From contig NMRA01000510.1 in the NCBI GenBank assembly GCA_002633005.1, positions 174,595 through 238,594 on the forward strand: a DNA stretch of 64,000 bases. Direction: 5' to 3'. Below the pieces are notes generated by a model, which ran no database searches, was not told where the DNA came from, and saw only the letters and a list, made by a program, of their open reading frames with translations. This document shows positions 51,883 to 63,576 of this stretch, one piece after another. This stretch comes from Phoronis australis. Taxonomy: Eukaryota > Animalia > Phoronida. Within the stretch, counting starts at the first letter, position 1. Each line of letters begins with the position of its first letter. A program made the position numbers and the translations under genes.

Positions 51883-52619
51883 GTAAGGATGTACATAACG
51901 CGTCCATCTTCGTCCTGTCCTTGAGTCGTGGTAGAAAATGTAATCGTTCTGATTTCTGAATAAAGAACACAACTTTGTTTTGTTTAATGTTGTGTTCTTT
52001 ATTCAGAAATCAGGTAAGTTAAGCTTACCATGAAATGAAGTGCTGGTCACAAAGGTCATGCGTATTTACCTTTTTGACTGAAATGTATTGCTTTCCATTA
52101 GACTAAGCACACTGTGTCAAACTTTCTTGTGACACCTCTTTGGTAAGCAACTGACAGATGCCCTAATGTTGACCCACTAGGTTTAGTCAACTTTTAGTCA
52201 GTCTATAAGAGATTACAATGGCAACAGAAATGACGCATGAACTCTGCCCCCCATTAGGACTGAATTTTGAGGCAATGGAAAAATTGTAACACACACTTCT
52301 TGAGTTATACCCTTTATTTATATACAAGCAAATACCATAACAGAATGGAAAGCACTAGATGTTTAGGTTGCAAGAACTTACCTCCCAGTTTTGAGGGTCT
52401 GAGTGCTGGTAAATTAGCGAACGGTGTTTTGTACTGTGCCATGTGCGAATTATAATGTTCAGGAATTCAAGACAGTTTTAAAACATGATTCTTTAGACAA
52501 AAGTACTTTGGTACCCGATCTTTCCCATCATGAAGTTTTAACTTGAAATTTGTCATCTTGGTTGGAAATTTTCACTCATTCTAAAGCAAATTTTGCGAAG
52601 TGGTTTGAGTACTCACACT

Positions 52620-53045
52620 TTTACTTTTGCTACTACTACTACTACTACTACTTTTACTGCTACAGTTTACTGCTACTGCTACTGCTACTGCTACTGCTAC
52701 TGCTACTGCTACTAACTGCTGCTAATACTATACTGCTACATCTACTGCTAATGCTACTGTTGCTGTTACTACTTTTACTGCTACTACTACTACTACTGCT
52801 AATATCTTTACTACCACTACATCTACCACTACTAACAATGCTGCTTCTACTAATAATACTGCATCTAATGCCACTACTAATGCTGGTATTGCTATTTCGA
52901 CTATTGCGACTTCTAACACGACTGCTGCTACTTTTTCTACTATTACTACTACTACTACTACTACTGCCACTGTCACTGCTGCTACTACTACTAATACTGC
53001 TATTACTGTTAATTCTGCTAATACTACTACTTTTACCATTTCTTC
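52620..53045 (+). repeat. Degenerate (CTA/CTG)n microsatellite
   Basis: Direct reading; a second tract lies at ~53810-53975. Confidence 0.95.
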
Positions 53046-53129
53046 ATTACGTACATCGAACATCCAATCACGATATCTGTTGGCACGCAATGGTCGTTTC
53101 ACGTGACGAATTCCAGCTTCTCTTTCGAA

Positions 53130-53790
53130 TGACCACGACAGACCCTTCCACTAGCATCAACTTCTCTGTGTGTATTCCCTATGTCAGAGGCGTCTCCCAC
53201 AGGATTCAGACCATTTACCGTAAACACAACATTAAGTCGTTTCACAAACCGTTCAACACTATTCGGTCCATCCTTCCATGCAGTAAAAGATGTGTCCGGC
53301 ACCGGCCCCCTCCAGAGGTGTGGTGTGATATATGAATACAAGTGTGGTGAGTGTACTGACAACTATATCGGTGAGACGGGTCGCCAGTTAACGACCAGGG
53401 TTAAGGATCATCGTAACCCCAACCTTAAATCTGTTACTGTTGTTCAAGAGCATGCCAAAGACCTACGTTACGAGATCTCTCATGAGGACTTCAGTGTACA
53501 AGTCTACACCCGAAGAAGTGGAAACGCAGGATACGAGAAGCTATTAAGATTCAAGTCTAGTCTTAACAGAGTTCCGGAACTTGATCTATGTGGAGTGTAT
53601 TTAGACCTGTTACGGGATTCCCACCGATATTAAGCGAATCCCCGGTACTGTTTTCATTGTTTTATTCTACAACGTCAGAGGGCGCAACCGGTGGTGACTC
53701 AAGTCCGTGAGATGTGGACGAAACGGATGTACACTTTCTACCCAAGGTACAGTTTCCTTGGTTCCAAAAGGAACCTTTGCTCAATATTTT
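53130..53790 (+). mobile_element. 5'-truncated Penelope-like retroelement (RT thumb/linker plus GIY-YIG endonuclease, frameshifted)
   Basis: IPYVRGVSHRIQTIYRKHNIKSFHKPFNTIRSIL, then GVIYEYKCGECTDNYIGETGRQLTTRVKDH...VQEH...SLNR; followed by a pLTR-like tail. Confidence 0.9.
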
Positions 53791-54022
53791 TATCATTTAA
53801 ATGGAACCCAGCAACATACATAGTATCAACAATAACAATAATTTAACAACCACTATTACTAATACTATTTCTATTTCTTCTAGTACTACTGCTACTGCTA
53901 ATGCTACTGTTGCAACTCCTGCTTCTTCTACTACTGTTTCGATGCTGCTCTGTTTGCTCCTGTTGGAGCTACTAAATATATTTAGTTGAGGAGGCAATGA
54001 CATAGTTGTATTATCCATACAG

Positions 54023-54130
54023 ATATGCTATGGCACCACTGAGAACAGCCCGGTGACGTTTCAAAGTAGCATGGATGACCCCATAGACAGGCGTGTGAAC
54101 ACCATTGGTAAACCAAGCGACCACGTCGAG
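54023..54130 (+). CDS. ACSF2: ACSF2-like exon (ICYGTTENSPVTFQSSMDDPIDRRVNTIGKPSDHVE)
   Basis: catacag| ... |gtttgt, phase 0/0; YGxTE motif. Confidence 0.95.
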
Positions 54131-54658
54131 GTTTGTTTGGTTTAACGTGTTCGTTTATATCTAAAACTAGTTCAAAACGAAACACTGCTCTGTTTTAAGC
54201 ATTGAAAAATTCCAAAAACTACATTTTTTGTAAATACACATGTTGAAAAACAAATGGTAAGGTACGGTTTTATGTGCAGTGTAATTAAAAATTAGAAATT
54301 TTAGTATTTTGCTTTTACGCAGAAACCTCAGCTTTAACCAAAATTTGTACTTGTTAATTATTCGGTGTTTAATCAAGTTTCATGTGATGAAATTGAGATC
54401 ACGCAAGACCACGCGAGTGCCAGGCAAGTATTTCGGGAGCAAGCTCGGGATCTTACTATCAAAGTAGCCGCCAATGAAATTATCGGTCAGTGAAACTATA
54501 GCGTTGAACTATGGGAGAAATTCACGGTTTCCGTTCCATAAGCGATTCTCGCCACATGTGCCTTGTGTTTGTGGAACGCATCCTTCTGTTGCCCTTTCAC
54601 TTTTGATCAATGTTTTTTCCGAAACGAAGGATAAGACGCGCCATAAGTTAATGAGGAA

Positions 54659-55451
54659 AGTTGTATAGTAATTCATTTAGGAGTCTTAATTCAGCGGCTC
54701 CTCGAACAGAGGTCATCAATGCGAAAGGAAAAGGTCAAAGGTCACGTGGAATAATTGCAAGGGACACCATCCGCCTACCGGACGGATGTGTCAATGACGT
54801 TACACCTCATGACGTAATAGGTTTAATTGGACCCGTTAGAGAGGCACCTCGACGCACGTTTTGCGGCTCCTCGCAACGGATCGAGAACCGAAACAAAAGA
54901 GGGATGACGCTGCTGAATAAGAACAAAACTTATTTCGTGTGCGCCAAATGTCGTCGTTGTATATTGTTTGTTCTCTCTCTCATTGATCAAAAACAAATTT
55001 GTATATATACAAAAGGGGATAACCACCCAACTCAACAACAGATGTCGCGTAAAGTCTAACCCAGGACCCGACGGTACTAAGCGAATCGTACTCATAATAA
55101 TAAGAAGCGACCAGCTAACACAGAACATAAAACCGATAGTGTCATTAATACACATTTAAAAACGTGTATTAATGATACACATTTAAAAACGTGTATTAAT
55201 GACAAAGAACGAATACACTGCAAAAATCATCATTCCAATACACTTAAACAATCATCAAGACGTCCAGAATCCGTTAAAGTAGTCTATAGCAAATTATCAA
55301 ATGTCCGAATTAAACGTCATTGACACATCCGTCCGGTAGGCGGATGGAGTTCCAGTTATTCCACGTGACCTTTGACCTTTTCCTTTCGCATTGATGACCT
55401 TTGACCGAGGAGCCGCTGAAATAAAACTCCTAAATGACTTACTATACAACT
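54659..55451. mobile_element. ~790-bp MITE with ~140-bp TIRs
   Basis: agttgtatagtaa-tcatttaggagt...ccatccgcctaccggacggatgtgtcaatgacgtt (54659-54801) is inverted at ~55313-55451. Internal duplicated hairpin at 55141-55203. Confidence 0.9.
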
Positions 55452-55469
55452 GAGGTAGTTTTATTTTAG

Positions 55470-55618
55470 GTGAAGATAGTAGACGAGACCGGCGAGATAC
55501 TTCCGGTGAACACCCCGGGTGAGCTGTGCACGCGAGGCTATATGGTCATGCTTGGTTATTGGGACGACAAGGACAAGACGAACAAGTGTATAAAACAGGA
55601 CCGGTGGTATCACAGTGG
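55470..55618 (+). CDS. ACSF2: ACSF2-like exon ([31 protein letters not shown]...DRWYHS)
   Basis: ttattttag| ... |gtgagt, phase 0/2; GELCxRGYxVMLGYW motif. Confidence 0.95.
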
Positions 55619-56327
55619 GTGAGTGCCTTGTTATATTCTGTGGTCCGCTCTGCTGATCCGGAGTCCAACATCTGGCCCACATCACGTCCGATTGCAAGCA
55701 TATAGTGATTTCGGAGTTTTCTCGAGAAAATGTTGCGATAGTTTGATAACGGGAGTATTTGTTCGAGTTGGAAGGAATTAAACACATCGACAACCTCCTA
55801 AGGTGTCCCTATGCGCAAAAGGTATTTATAACAACGTGACTTTGATGTTTTAGTCTTTGCGAGGCATAATTCGCCGAAAAGCTTCCGGCGTATGGAGCCC
55901 CTATAGGAGCTTCGTCGCCTCAACTGGTAGGGCCAGCAAAGGCGATGGTCATTGCCTACGAAGACTCGACCTCATGAGTTTGCTATCTACCCTCCTGGTT
56001 CATTTGGCATGTATGGACTCATATGGACGCACGTGCATGTGGAGTGAAATTGTCGTGGACACATCATTCATTCTTGATCAAAAATATCTTATGAATATTG
56101 CAACGGAAAAAGCCAACTTCATCAAAATGCTCGTGATGCTGTGAGTCTCAATCTATGTTTGACCTAATTTCTGCTTAATTATACTGTGTGCATGTCATTC
56201 TTTACTAGCAAGCTAATGAAAAAGGCTCAATGAATCTCTCTCTTTGCAGTGACATGGCTTGACTTACACAGCTCTCAAAAATATGTTTGAGTACCTAAGA
56301 GGTTAATCTTTTTGTTTGCGTTGCTAG

Positions 56328-56469
56328 GGACATTGCGATTTTAAACGAAGATGGTTATGCCCAAATTGTGGGCCGGAAGACAGACATGATAATACGAGGT
56401 GGTGAAAATATTTATCCTTTAGAAGTGGAGCAGTTCTTATATACCTTTCCAAAGGTGGAGGACGTCCAG
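56328..56469 (+). CDS. ACSF2: ACSF2-like exon ([47 protein letters not shown])
   Basis: ttgctag| ... |gtaaag, phase 2/0; [16 protein letters not shown] motif. Confidence 0.95.
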
Positions 56470-57710
56470 GTAAAGAAATATAGATCCATAGCTAGCTTTG
56501 TGAAAATTAATTAAATGTCGAATAATCGAAGTTATAGTGAAAACGTGCTACCCATGATGAATAACCGTTTAGGCCTATTGTCCTAACCCTTACGCCCAGA
56601 TATAATGCTTTCTAACGCTTTGTGGGCTTTTAAGAGTTAAAACTTTAATAGCTCACTTGCGAGTTTCTCGTTAGTCAATGTGTACGTTAAATTTTTCTCA
56701 ATTAACATTTTAAGAAATCCTTTTGAATCAAGTTACAGATACTCTGTGTTGAACATGTTTTCGTAGCCCAGAATATCACCAATATCAATTTAAGACAAAT
56801 AAGTTTGAGGCAGTTTTACACTTTGAAATACCACCTAGGACGACCTCCATACCGGACATAGCTTAGCCGTGGAAGACAAGTGTGAAATTGCCTCATTTGT
56901 AGCTTGAAATACTTCCTTTCATCATAGAACTCTAGCCTTGACATACTAACTTCCGCTCGTGACCATTGTATTTTATTATTAGAGCTTGCGACTCCGTGAC
57001 CAGCCGCGAGAATTAGCTCAGTCTGTAAATTTCCAGCTGTCTGCTCGACTGAGTTTTTATGAGTGTTGTAGTTATCAAATGAAGGCTAATTTCATTGCTT
57101 CGTTTACATTTTGGTGTTTTTGTTCACCAAGCGAGACACTTGAGCTACGGTTATAGACAACCAGCGATTTTACGGCAAAATTAGTCAGCAAACCCGACAA
57201 TTACATTGATCATTCTTTATACGCACCGACCGTGGCCTTGACCATATAGTGGGATAGTCTGGCCTCTGATACCTTTTCATGTCTAGTCCTAGAACCACTT
57301 TCGACAACCTATCAAACTACGCGTTAGTATTTTTTCAACAAGACGTTTATGGGCACTATTTTACCGTTCGACTAAAAAGAAAAACGAGACGTTTCATGGG
57401 TTTTTGAGGCACCCGCAATTTTTAGGCACAAGCAATTGCCTAATCGACTTAAAAACAAAAAAGCACAGTCGGGTGCTTTTGGGTACAACGTCTCCTGTTC
57501 GACAAAAAACGCTCTCGGAACGTTTTTGTGTGTTGCGGCAAACATTTAACCCTTGCGTTTTGGCTTTGTATCCGGAAGTCCCGCTTTTAAACCCAGTTCC
57601 CAATTTTTCATTCTGGAAGGTTGACAACTTTGGAACATGTGTTCATTTGTCTCTTAATGACATGAAAATTGTTATTTTCCAGAATCCACTTTTTTAATAC
57701 CATAACAATC

Positions 57711-59165
57711 GCGGCCTAAATCAAGAGCTGTTGCTGCACTTGTTCTTAATTGGGAGAGACAATTATTTATGTTTCTGTTGACAAAGGACGTTATTACATC
57801 CGAACATTTCAGTTGATCCATTTTTGTTGTTTTAGTTTCCTATTTATATTCTACATTTCGTGAAACAATAGTATCCTTGGGAGGATCTGGATCGCCTTAT
57901 TTAGTTTCAGATTTATTTTCTACTTTATGTAACAATCGTAAAAATGTGTTTTGATGTCTTTCGTTTACGATAACACGCTGCATGTATCAGGATCACTAAC
58001 TTACTTTCTGGAGAAATGAGTTTATTTACAAACCACTATGGAAAGTCCTACACTGCAGCCTACATTGTATGTGATGATCTATCCACAGTACATTTCAAAC
58101 CTACACAATAGATGTTTGCTAATTTCTATCTATCAGAATGCCTTTATGTGCAAATTTCGGACCAGTAGTTGGAGTAATTAGCTCATCACATTGCTATGTA
58201 AAAGACGTATAATTTAGGACGAATGTCTGACTAAATGCTTCACAGCAACGGTGAGGGATCCATATTCTAAAATCTTTGTCTTGCTATGGTACAAATCATT
58301 TGAATGATTGAAATTATTTCCCTGCTGGTTTAATTAGTCATTTATATTACCTCTCTGGTACATTACCTTTTCTGTTTTTACTATTGCATTCCGTTAGTTT
58401 TCGCGTTTTGGTAACAAAAATATTTTTAAGCTTGTGAGATTTGCCAAATGATGATTATTTATGAATCAGCTTATGTATCGTTTGCTTCTTCTATAATAAT
58501 ACACCATTAGGAAGTGACGAAAAGCTTTCTTATGATGCAATTCGGTTGGAAAATGGCGGAGTTGCGAAAATTTTAGTGACAGTAAATTCCAAAGGAATAA
58601 CCAGCACCGGAACAAACGAATGCAAACAAATGCCACGTATGTGCGCGCAACCTCAGGAGCGCGAAATCGAAGTTGGTATTCCAGGGATAGAGTTCTATGT
58701 TTTTATTTAGTTACATTCGCAAAATCAAACTGAAATTCTCAAACGAGGAATATACATATCTCATGGATTGTGAGCGTGAAACATGACTTGAATCGTTTAA
58801 AAATATATATTTACATGTTTATATAAAACATTTCCTTTCTCCACAGTAGTCAGTAAAACAACCAATAAGAGCTGAGTATTGGCTATCTCCACAAGTGTTT
58901 GCTATTCAATACGTTATGTCGTTTGTTTGATTGGCAATTGGTTACAGTAAGTCGCCTGGAATTTCAGTGACGACTGTATTGCCTTGGTGACTGAAACTAA
59001 TATCATACTGAGACTGCAACTCTGAAGTAATACTGGCCCTTTGCAAAGCTAGAAATCATTTCTAATGTGAGTAAGCAAGAAAACGAGGCCGATTTTTGTT
59101 GCTGCAAGCGGCCTAAATCAAGAGCTGTTGCTGCGCTTGTTCTTAATTGGGAGAGACAACTATTG
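57711..59165 (+). repeat. Pair of ~55-bp direct repeats 1.4 kb apart
   Basis: gcggcctaaatcaagagctgttgctgc-cttgttcttaattgggagagacaa at 57711 and 59108. Confidence 0.8.
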
Positions 59166-59404
59166 TTCTTACTTGTTTTAAGTATGAAAAGGGTAACGAC
59201 AATTCGAAATTTAGCCCTATACTGAGGTATATTTGCGCTTGAAATGAAGGTTAAAGTGAATTACTTGTTCAACAATCAACTTCTTATCGCAAGTTTATTT
59301 TAGATTCACAAATTCGTTATTTGCAGTACTGTTCTCTCTGTTGCGCTTCTTTCAGTAAAATTAATGGTAGGCTGCATGTTTTGACATGTACCCGTTTGTA
59401 TAAG

Positions 59405-59515
59405 GTTATCGGAGTGCCCGACGAACGTCTTGGAGAAGAATTGTGTGCATGGATAAGGCTGAAAAGTGGTTATACTTCGAACACGGAGGAAATCCGGGAT
59501 TTTTGTCAGGGGAAG
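59405..59515 (+). CDS. ACSF2: ACSF2-like exon (VIGVPDERLGEELCAWIRLK...IRDFCQGK)
   Basis: gtataag| ... |gttagt, phase 0/0. Confidence 0.95.
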
Positions 59516-61169
59516 GTTAGTTCATACCCTTGTACCAGCAGTTGATATGCATTCTGCCTGTTGAAACCTGCAGGTTTACGAGTCTGCTTCACTGATTTTG
59601 ACATGGATGCCGAATATTAGTATCTCTGTATTGGATAATAATACAGTTTGGTCAAAAATCAAACTGCTCCGCGTTTGTTTTATCTTAACACATGTTTAGT
59701 TTTCATAGTTTGGAATAAGGTACTAAGCTTGTCGCAAAGGGGACGATAGTCAACTGAAATCTGTCCCTCAACCCATCACTCGAAGGTGTCTTATGGGTAT
59801 TGACATTCTTGCGGTCTGAGACTTCTGCGAGCAGTCACAGTGGGCCTGAACAGCATTAAATGGTTCTACTCTCCATTTCTTTTGGAAACTGAGTCGGCAG
59901 TGCGGCATTTCTCTAGAAGCTAGCTTTTTCACAAAAGAAAATCCACGACGAAACGAGAAAACATGATGCGGGATCCATTTTTTACTCATCACTTAAAAAT
60001 CATGGCGCTTCAAAGCTTGCTAACCCTTTTCTACATGCCTTTCTATAGCTTTTCAAAAACGTCACAAGACCTTGGCAGAATTGAATGTGGATGTTAGTTG
60101 CTCAGCGCAGGTATCAAAATGAGTGTACAGTAGAAACCAGAACCAACTATACTTTTTTGGCCTTATGCATGGACTGGAACTTAGATCACATCAATATGGG
60201 GCTTTTCATATTGGTGCTCTCTAGAGTAATGAGAGTACGAACGTGATTTCGACTGATTCCGACCTACCCGGATTTGGTGGACATAAGTTTACTACTACAC
60301 AGTGATTCATTAATTTAAAAACCGAGGAATAAATCTCACAGTCAACCCTCGCATTGTTTGATTAAATTAAGTTCACTAATTTGTTTTAGCTTTTTGACCC
60401 CTGGGATCGAAATTCTAATGCTTAGCCGCAGCCATTGGCTTTGTCGCGGATTCTTCTTTGCAATGAGAAATGTATGGAATATGATGTCCTTCTTCATCCA
60501 TTGACATTTCAAAAGCCTTGCCTTTTCCGTCGGGCATTAGTACATCCAGCCACACAGCAGTGGAAATTTGCCGGCGTTATAATAGCAGGAAAGGCGTTAA
60601 AACGCCAGTAGGTTGAAACCTCCAGTCCGCATTACACGAGATCTATAGGTGACGCTGAACGCCTGTCCACCAAAGACCTTATCGCCGTCTGTCGGGATAG
60701 TGAATTTCAATATCGACGGGGCTATCATTTCGAAAGTCAGCTATTCACGAGGAATGTAAACACATAGCTAACAACGCATCGATTTCAGTAAATGTCTATC
60801 TGTATTTTTAGTTTTGAGGTTTTAGATTCGTCATCGATTGAGCACGTTTCATTTCTACTTCGGTTATCGGCGAAGGTTACTTTAGTTTTATTTATTCGAG
60901 TTTGTATAGCTCAAATCTAGAGGTCATTAAGTGCGAAATTGAACTGTAAACTCGTCTGCGTAAAGCATAGCATACTCTAGTAACGAATAACTGATACTTA
61001 TTTTGAGATTGCATCGAAGTAAGACAAGAAAATGGCAAACAACTTAAATTCGATTTCGAGTACAAAGATTAGACCTCGAATCCAGGTCTTGCCAAATCAC
61101 ATCCAATGTCTTGCCAAATCACGTTAATTGTTGTATTTTGCTACAGGTAGTAATTGCTTCATTTTTCAG

Positions 61170-61310
61170 ATTTCTCACTTCAAGATTCCAAAGTACATTA
61201 TGTTTGTCGAGGAGTACCCCATGACAGTCACCGGCAAAGTTCAGAAGTACATAATGCAGCAGGAGTCGGCAAGACTGCTTGGTCTGGATCACATAACACC
61301 GCACATGTAG
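61170..61310 (+). CDS. ACSF2: ACSF2-like last exon (ISHFKIPKYIMFVEEYPMTVTGKVQKYIMQQESARLLGLDHITPHM*)
   Basis: atttttcag| acceptor; PxTxxGKxQK catalytic-lysine motif; TAG stop ending at 61310. Confidence 0.95.
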   Translation: MSHFKIPKYIMFVEEYPMTVTGKVQKYIMQQESARLLGLDHITPHM

Positions 61311-61682
61311 TAATAACTCCCATACGTATTGTTGGCATAGCATAGACACAGTTTAGCTAACATGAAGCGGAAAGAATGGAACGGAAAGTGCACTAACATC
61401 TTGTAGCAAGAAAATTCAGAATTGTTTTTCTGGTTCAAAACCTAAACCGGAGAGAAAATAGTTCTTAACTTTTGTTTAACGTTGCCCATGTTACGAGAAA
61501 CATGCTTAGTCTCTCCCACCACGTGCTGTTTTGGTCGTACACTCTACATTTTGTAAAGCCACGCAAAATGTTGGAAATGGCAATTAAATCCGCTATAAAC
61601 ACACGTTACGTCCTCGAAGCGAATTATTTATGTTGAGCTCTGTAACATTGGTCTCCACTTGTTCTTTACAATATTTATGTAG

Positions 61683-62699
61683 CATATGCGGATTTAGGGG
61701 GGGACCCAGGGGGCCCTCCCCCCCTTGGCTGCCGCAAAAAATAAAACGGCAAGAGCGTAGGGAAATGTTGAGTTTATTAATTAACCCCGATAATTAAAAT
61801 TAAAATTATACGGATGAAACAAGATTTAAATGTGTGCAGTTTTAGGGTTGGGGTGGGGGGAGGGCGGGTGGGGCGGCTCAGATCCAATTTCAAGTGTCAA
61901 ATTCGGAACGCGGCTTATTCTTAACGGAAGCATGGCTAAGTATAGGCTCTCCCGCGATATCCCAGGCGACCGGCAGTGGCGCTGCGCATTACGACTCCGT
62001 TTCCGTCGTCTGCTCCACTGTGCAATGAAGAAAATTCACTTCATTTTTTAAAGAAAATGAAACCTGAGTGACGATGAAAAAACAGAAGCTGCTGGTAAGA
62101 TGTGAATTTTAATCGAAGTATTAGTGAATCACTCAGAAACTCATAATTCTCTCTTTGTCAAACTGACTTAAGACGATTTCCTACGTAACCCGTCATTATT
62201 GCCAACACGAAAAACGGATTTGGTCTTTTGGGCATTTGAAGACTATTTTAAATACAACAAATTCGTTAAGAACCGATTGCACAAAATATAAAACGTGTAA
62301 TAAGCATTACAAAAAGAAGTAGGTTTCGCGCGCAAACGCTATGGACCATAAACAAGTAGGTCTCCTAGTACAAGGTTAGCAGACAAGTCGTGATGGTGTA
62401 GTGGTAACGCACGCGCGCGCTAACCGCCAGGTCGTGAGTTCGAGTCTTTGATACTTGGAGTTTTTCTTGTTTGATACGTTCTCCGTGTTTTTTTTTCTTG
62501 GATAATACTTCAGGAATCAAAGAAAATGCTTGATTTTTTGGAGGAAAAAACAGAAAAATTTCCTTGGCATGAGGGGGACAACCCCCCTCCCGACCTCCCC
62601 CCATTCGATGCTATGCGCATCTACAATCGTGGTTTGCGCAAATGCTTACAGCCGGACAAAATGTTGCCACCCCCTTGTGATATCCTAGATCCGCCACTG
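61683..62699 (+). mobile_element. Copy 4 (gap-free, 1017 bp) of family R
   Basis: Termini CATATGCGGATTTAGG / CCTAGATCCGCCACTG; TGTAG duplicated on both sides; internal G-run (61844-61876) and tRNA-like module (~62387-62454). Confidence 0.9.
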
Positions 62700-62999
62700 T
62701 GTAGAGCTCTGTAACATTGGCCTCCACTTGTTCGTTACTCGAGAAGTAATTTCTGGGTTTGCAAAGACTTGACAGTTTGTTATACCTTGATACCATGTTC
62801 GGCGCATAAAATAACACCCCGGAACAAGCTAGGCCATGCAACACAAACTTACCTACAATTTGACTAAGGAACAGTTTGATGCCAATTTCATAACGAGAAG
62901 TGGTCTCAATGAAAAGTTGTCTTGTCTGGTGGAAGGTTGATTTAGGACCGCTTCAAAAGTCGCAACATTACCTGCACCATTGATCTTTGAAAGAAGTCC

Positions 63000-63576
63000 T
63001 AACTGGTGAGATGCAGCAGGTGTAAATCAGACTGATGACATCGGCCAAAGAGAGGCGTACGTTCTTCAGTGAAACAGACCCGACTTCAAAAGTACCTGGG
63101 GGTGCCACTCTGGGCAGAAGGACACCTGATGTGCTCATTACGAACAATGGCAGCTATCAGATTTCTGGCACGGCACACAAGAGGGAGAATAAGCAAATCA
63201 CTTGTCACAGAACATAGGAATCAGCTGTTTTTTATACATCATATTATTAAAAGTTAGCAATTGGCTGCTTGCATCTTTGTTAAAACAATACACTATATAC
63301 ATTACTGATGTTGCACCATGTCACAATTCCAAAGCTAGATTGGGCACTACATATTGTTGATGTAATACCAAGCCTTCTTCAGCAATGTTAGGTTCATCAC
63401 CGCCTTTCTTAATGTATCATGTGGAGGTGACTAGTTCTCAATCCACTTAGTGCCTTCATTTGCACCTTCTGCAGGCTCACTGCCATGCAAGCATGTCAAC
63501 TAAATGGTGGCAGTTGTCAGTCGAAGAGTCCACTTGTGCTCGTCTGTCATGTGGTGCAACATACTGACCCAATTGC
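63000..63576 (-). pseudogene. Decayed Kolobok-type DDE transposase, C-terminal exons
   Basis: Manual minus-strand translation after an acceptor at 63577-78: NWVSMLHHMTDEHKW...TCLHG...KWIEN*SPPHDTLRKAVMNLTLLKKAWYYINN, then ...FNN...IPMFCDK*FAYSP / VCRARNLIAAIVRNEH. This matches from memory the WxSxLxHxxxxHxW..CxH and KRxxFS..ARxxLAxxDxN blocks; stops and frameshifts are present. Confidence 0.65.

Noticed and set aside
52550-53102. Long poly-Leu and poly-Val ORFs (261 aa and 124 aa)
   Set aside because: Translations of the (CTA/CTG)n microsatellite; only the 3' end of the plus ORF is real (Penelope-like) coding sequence.
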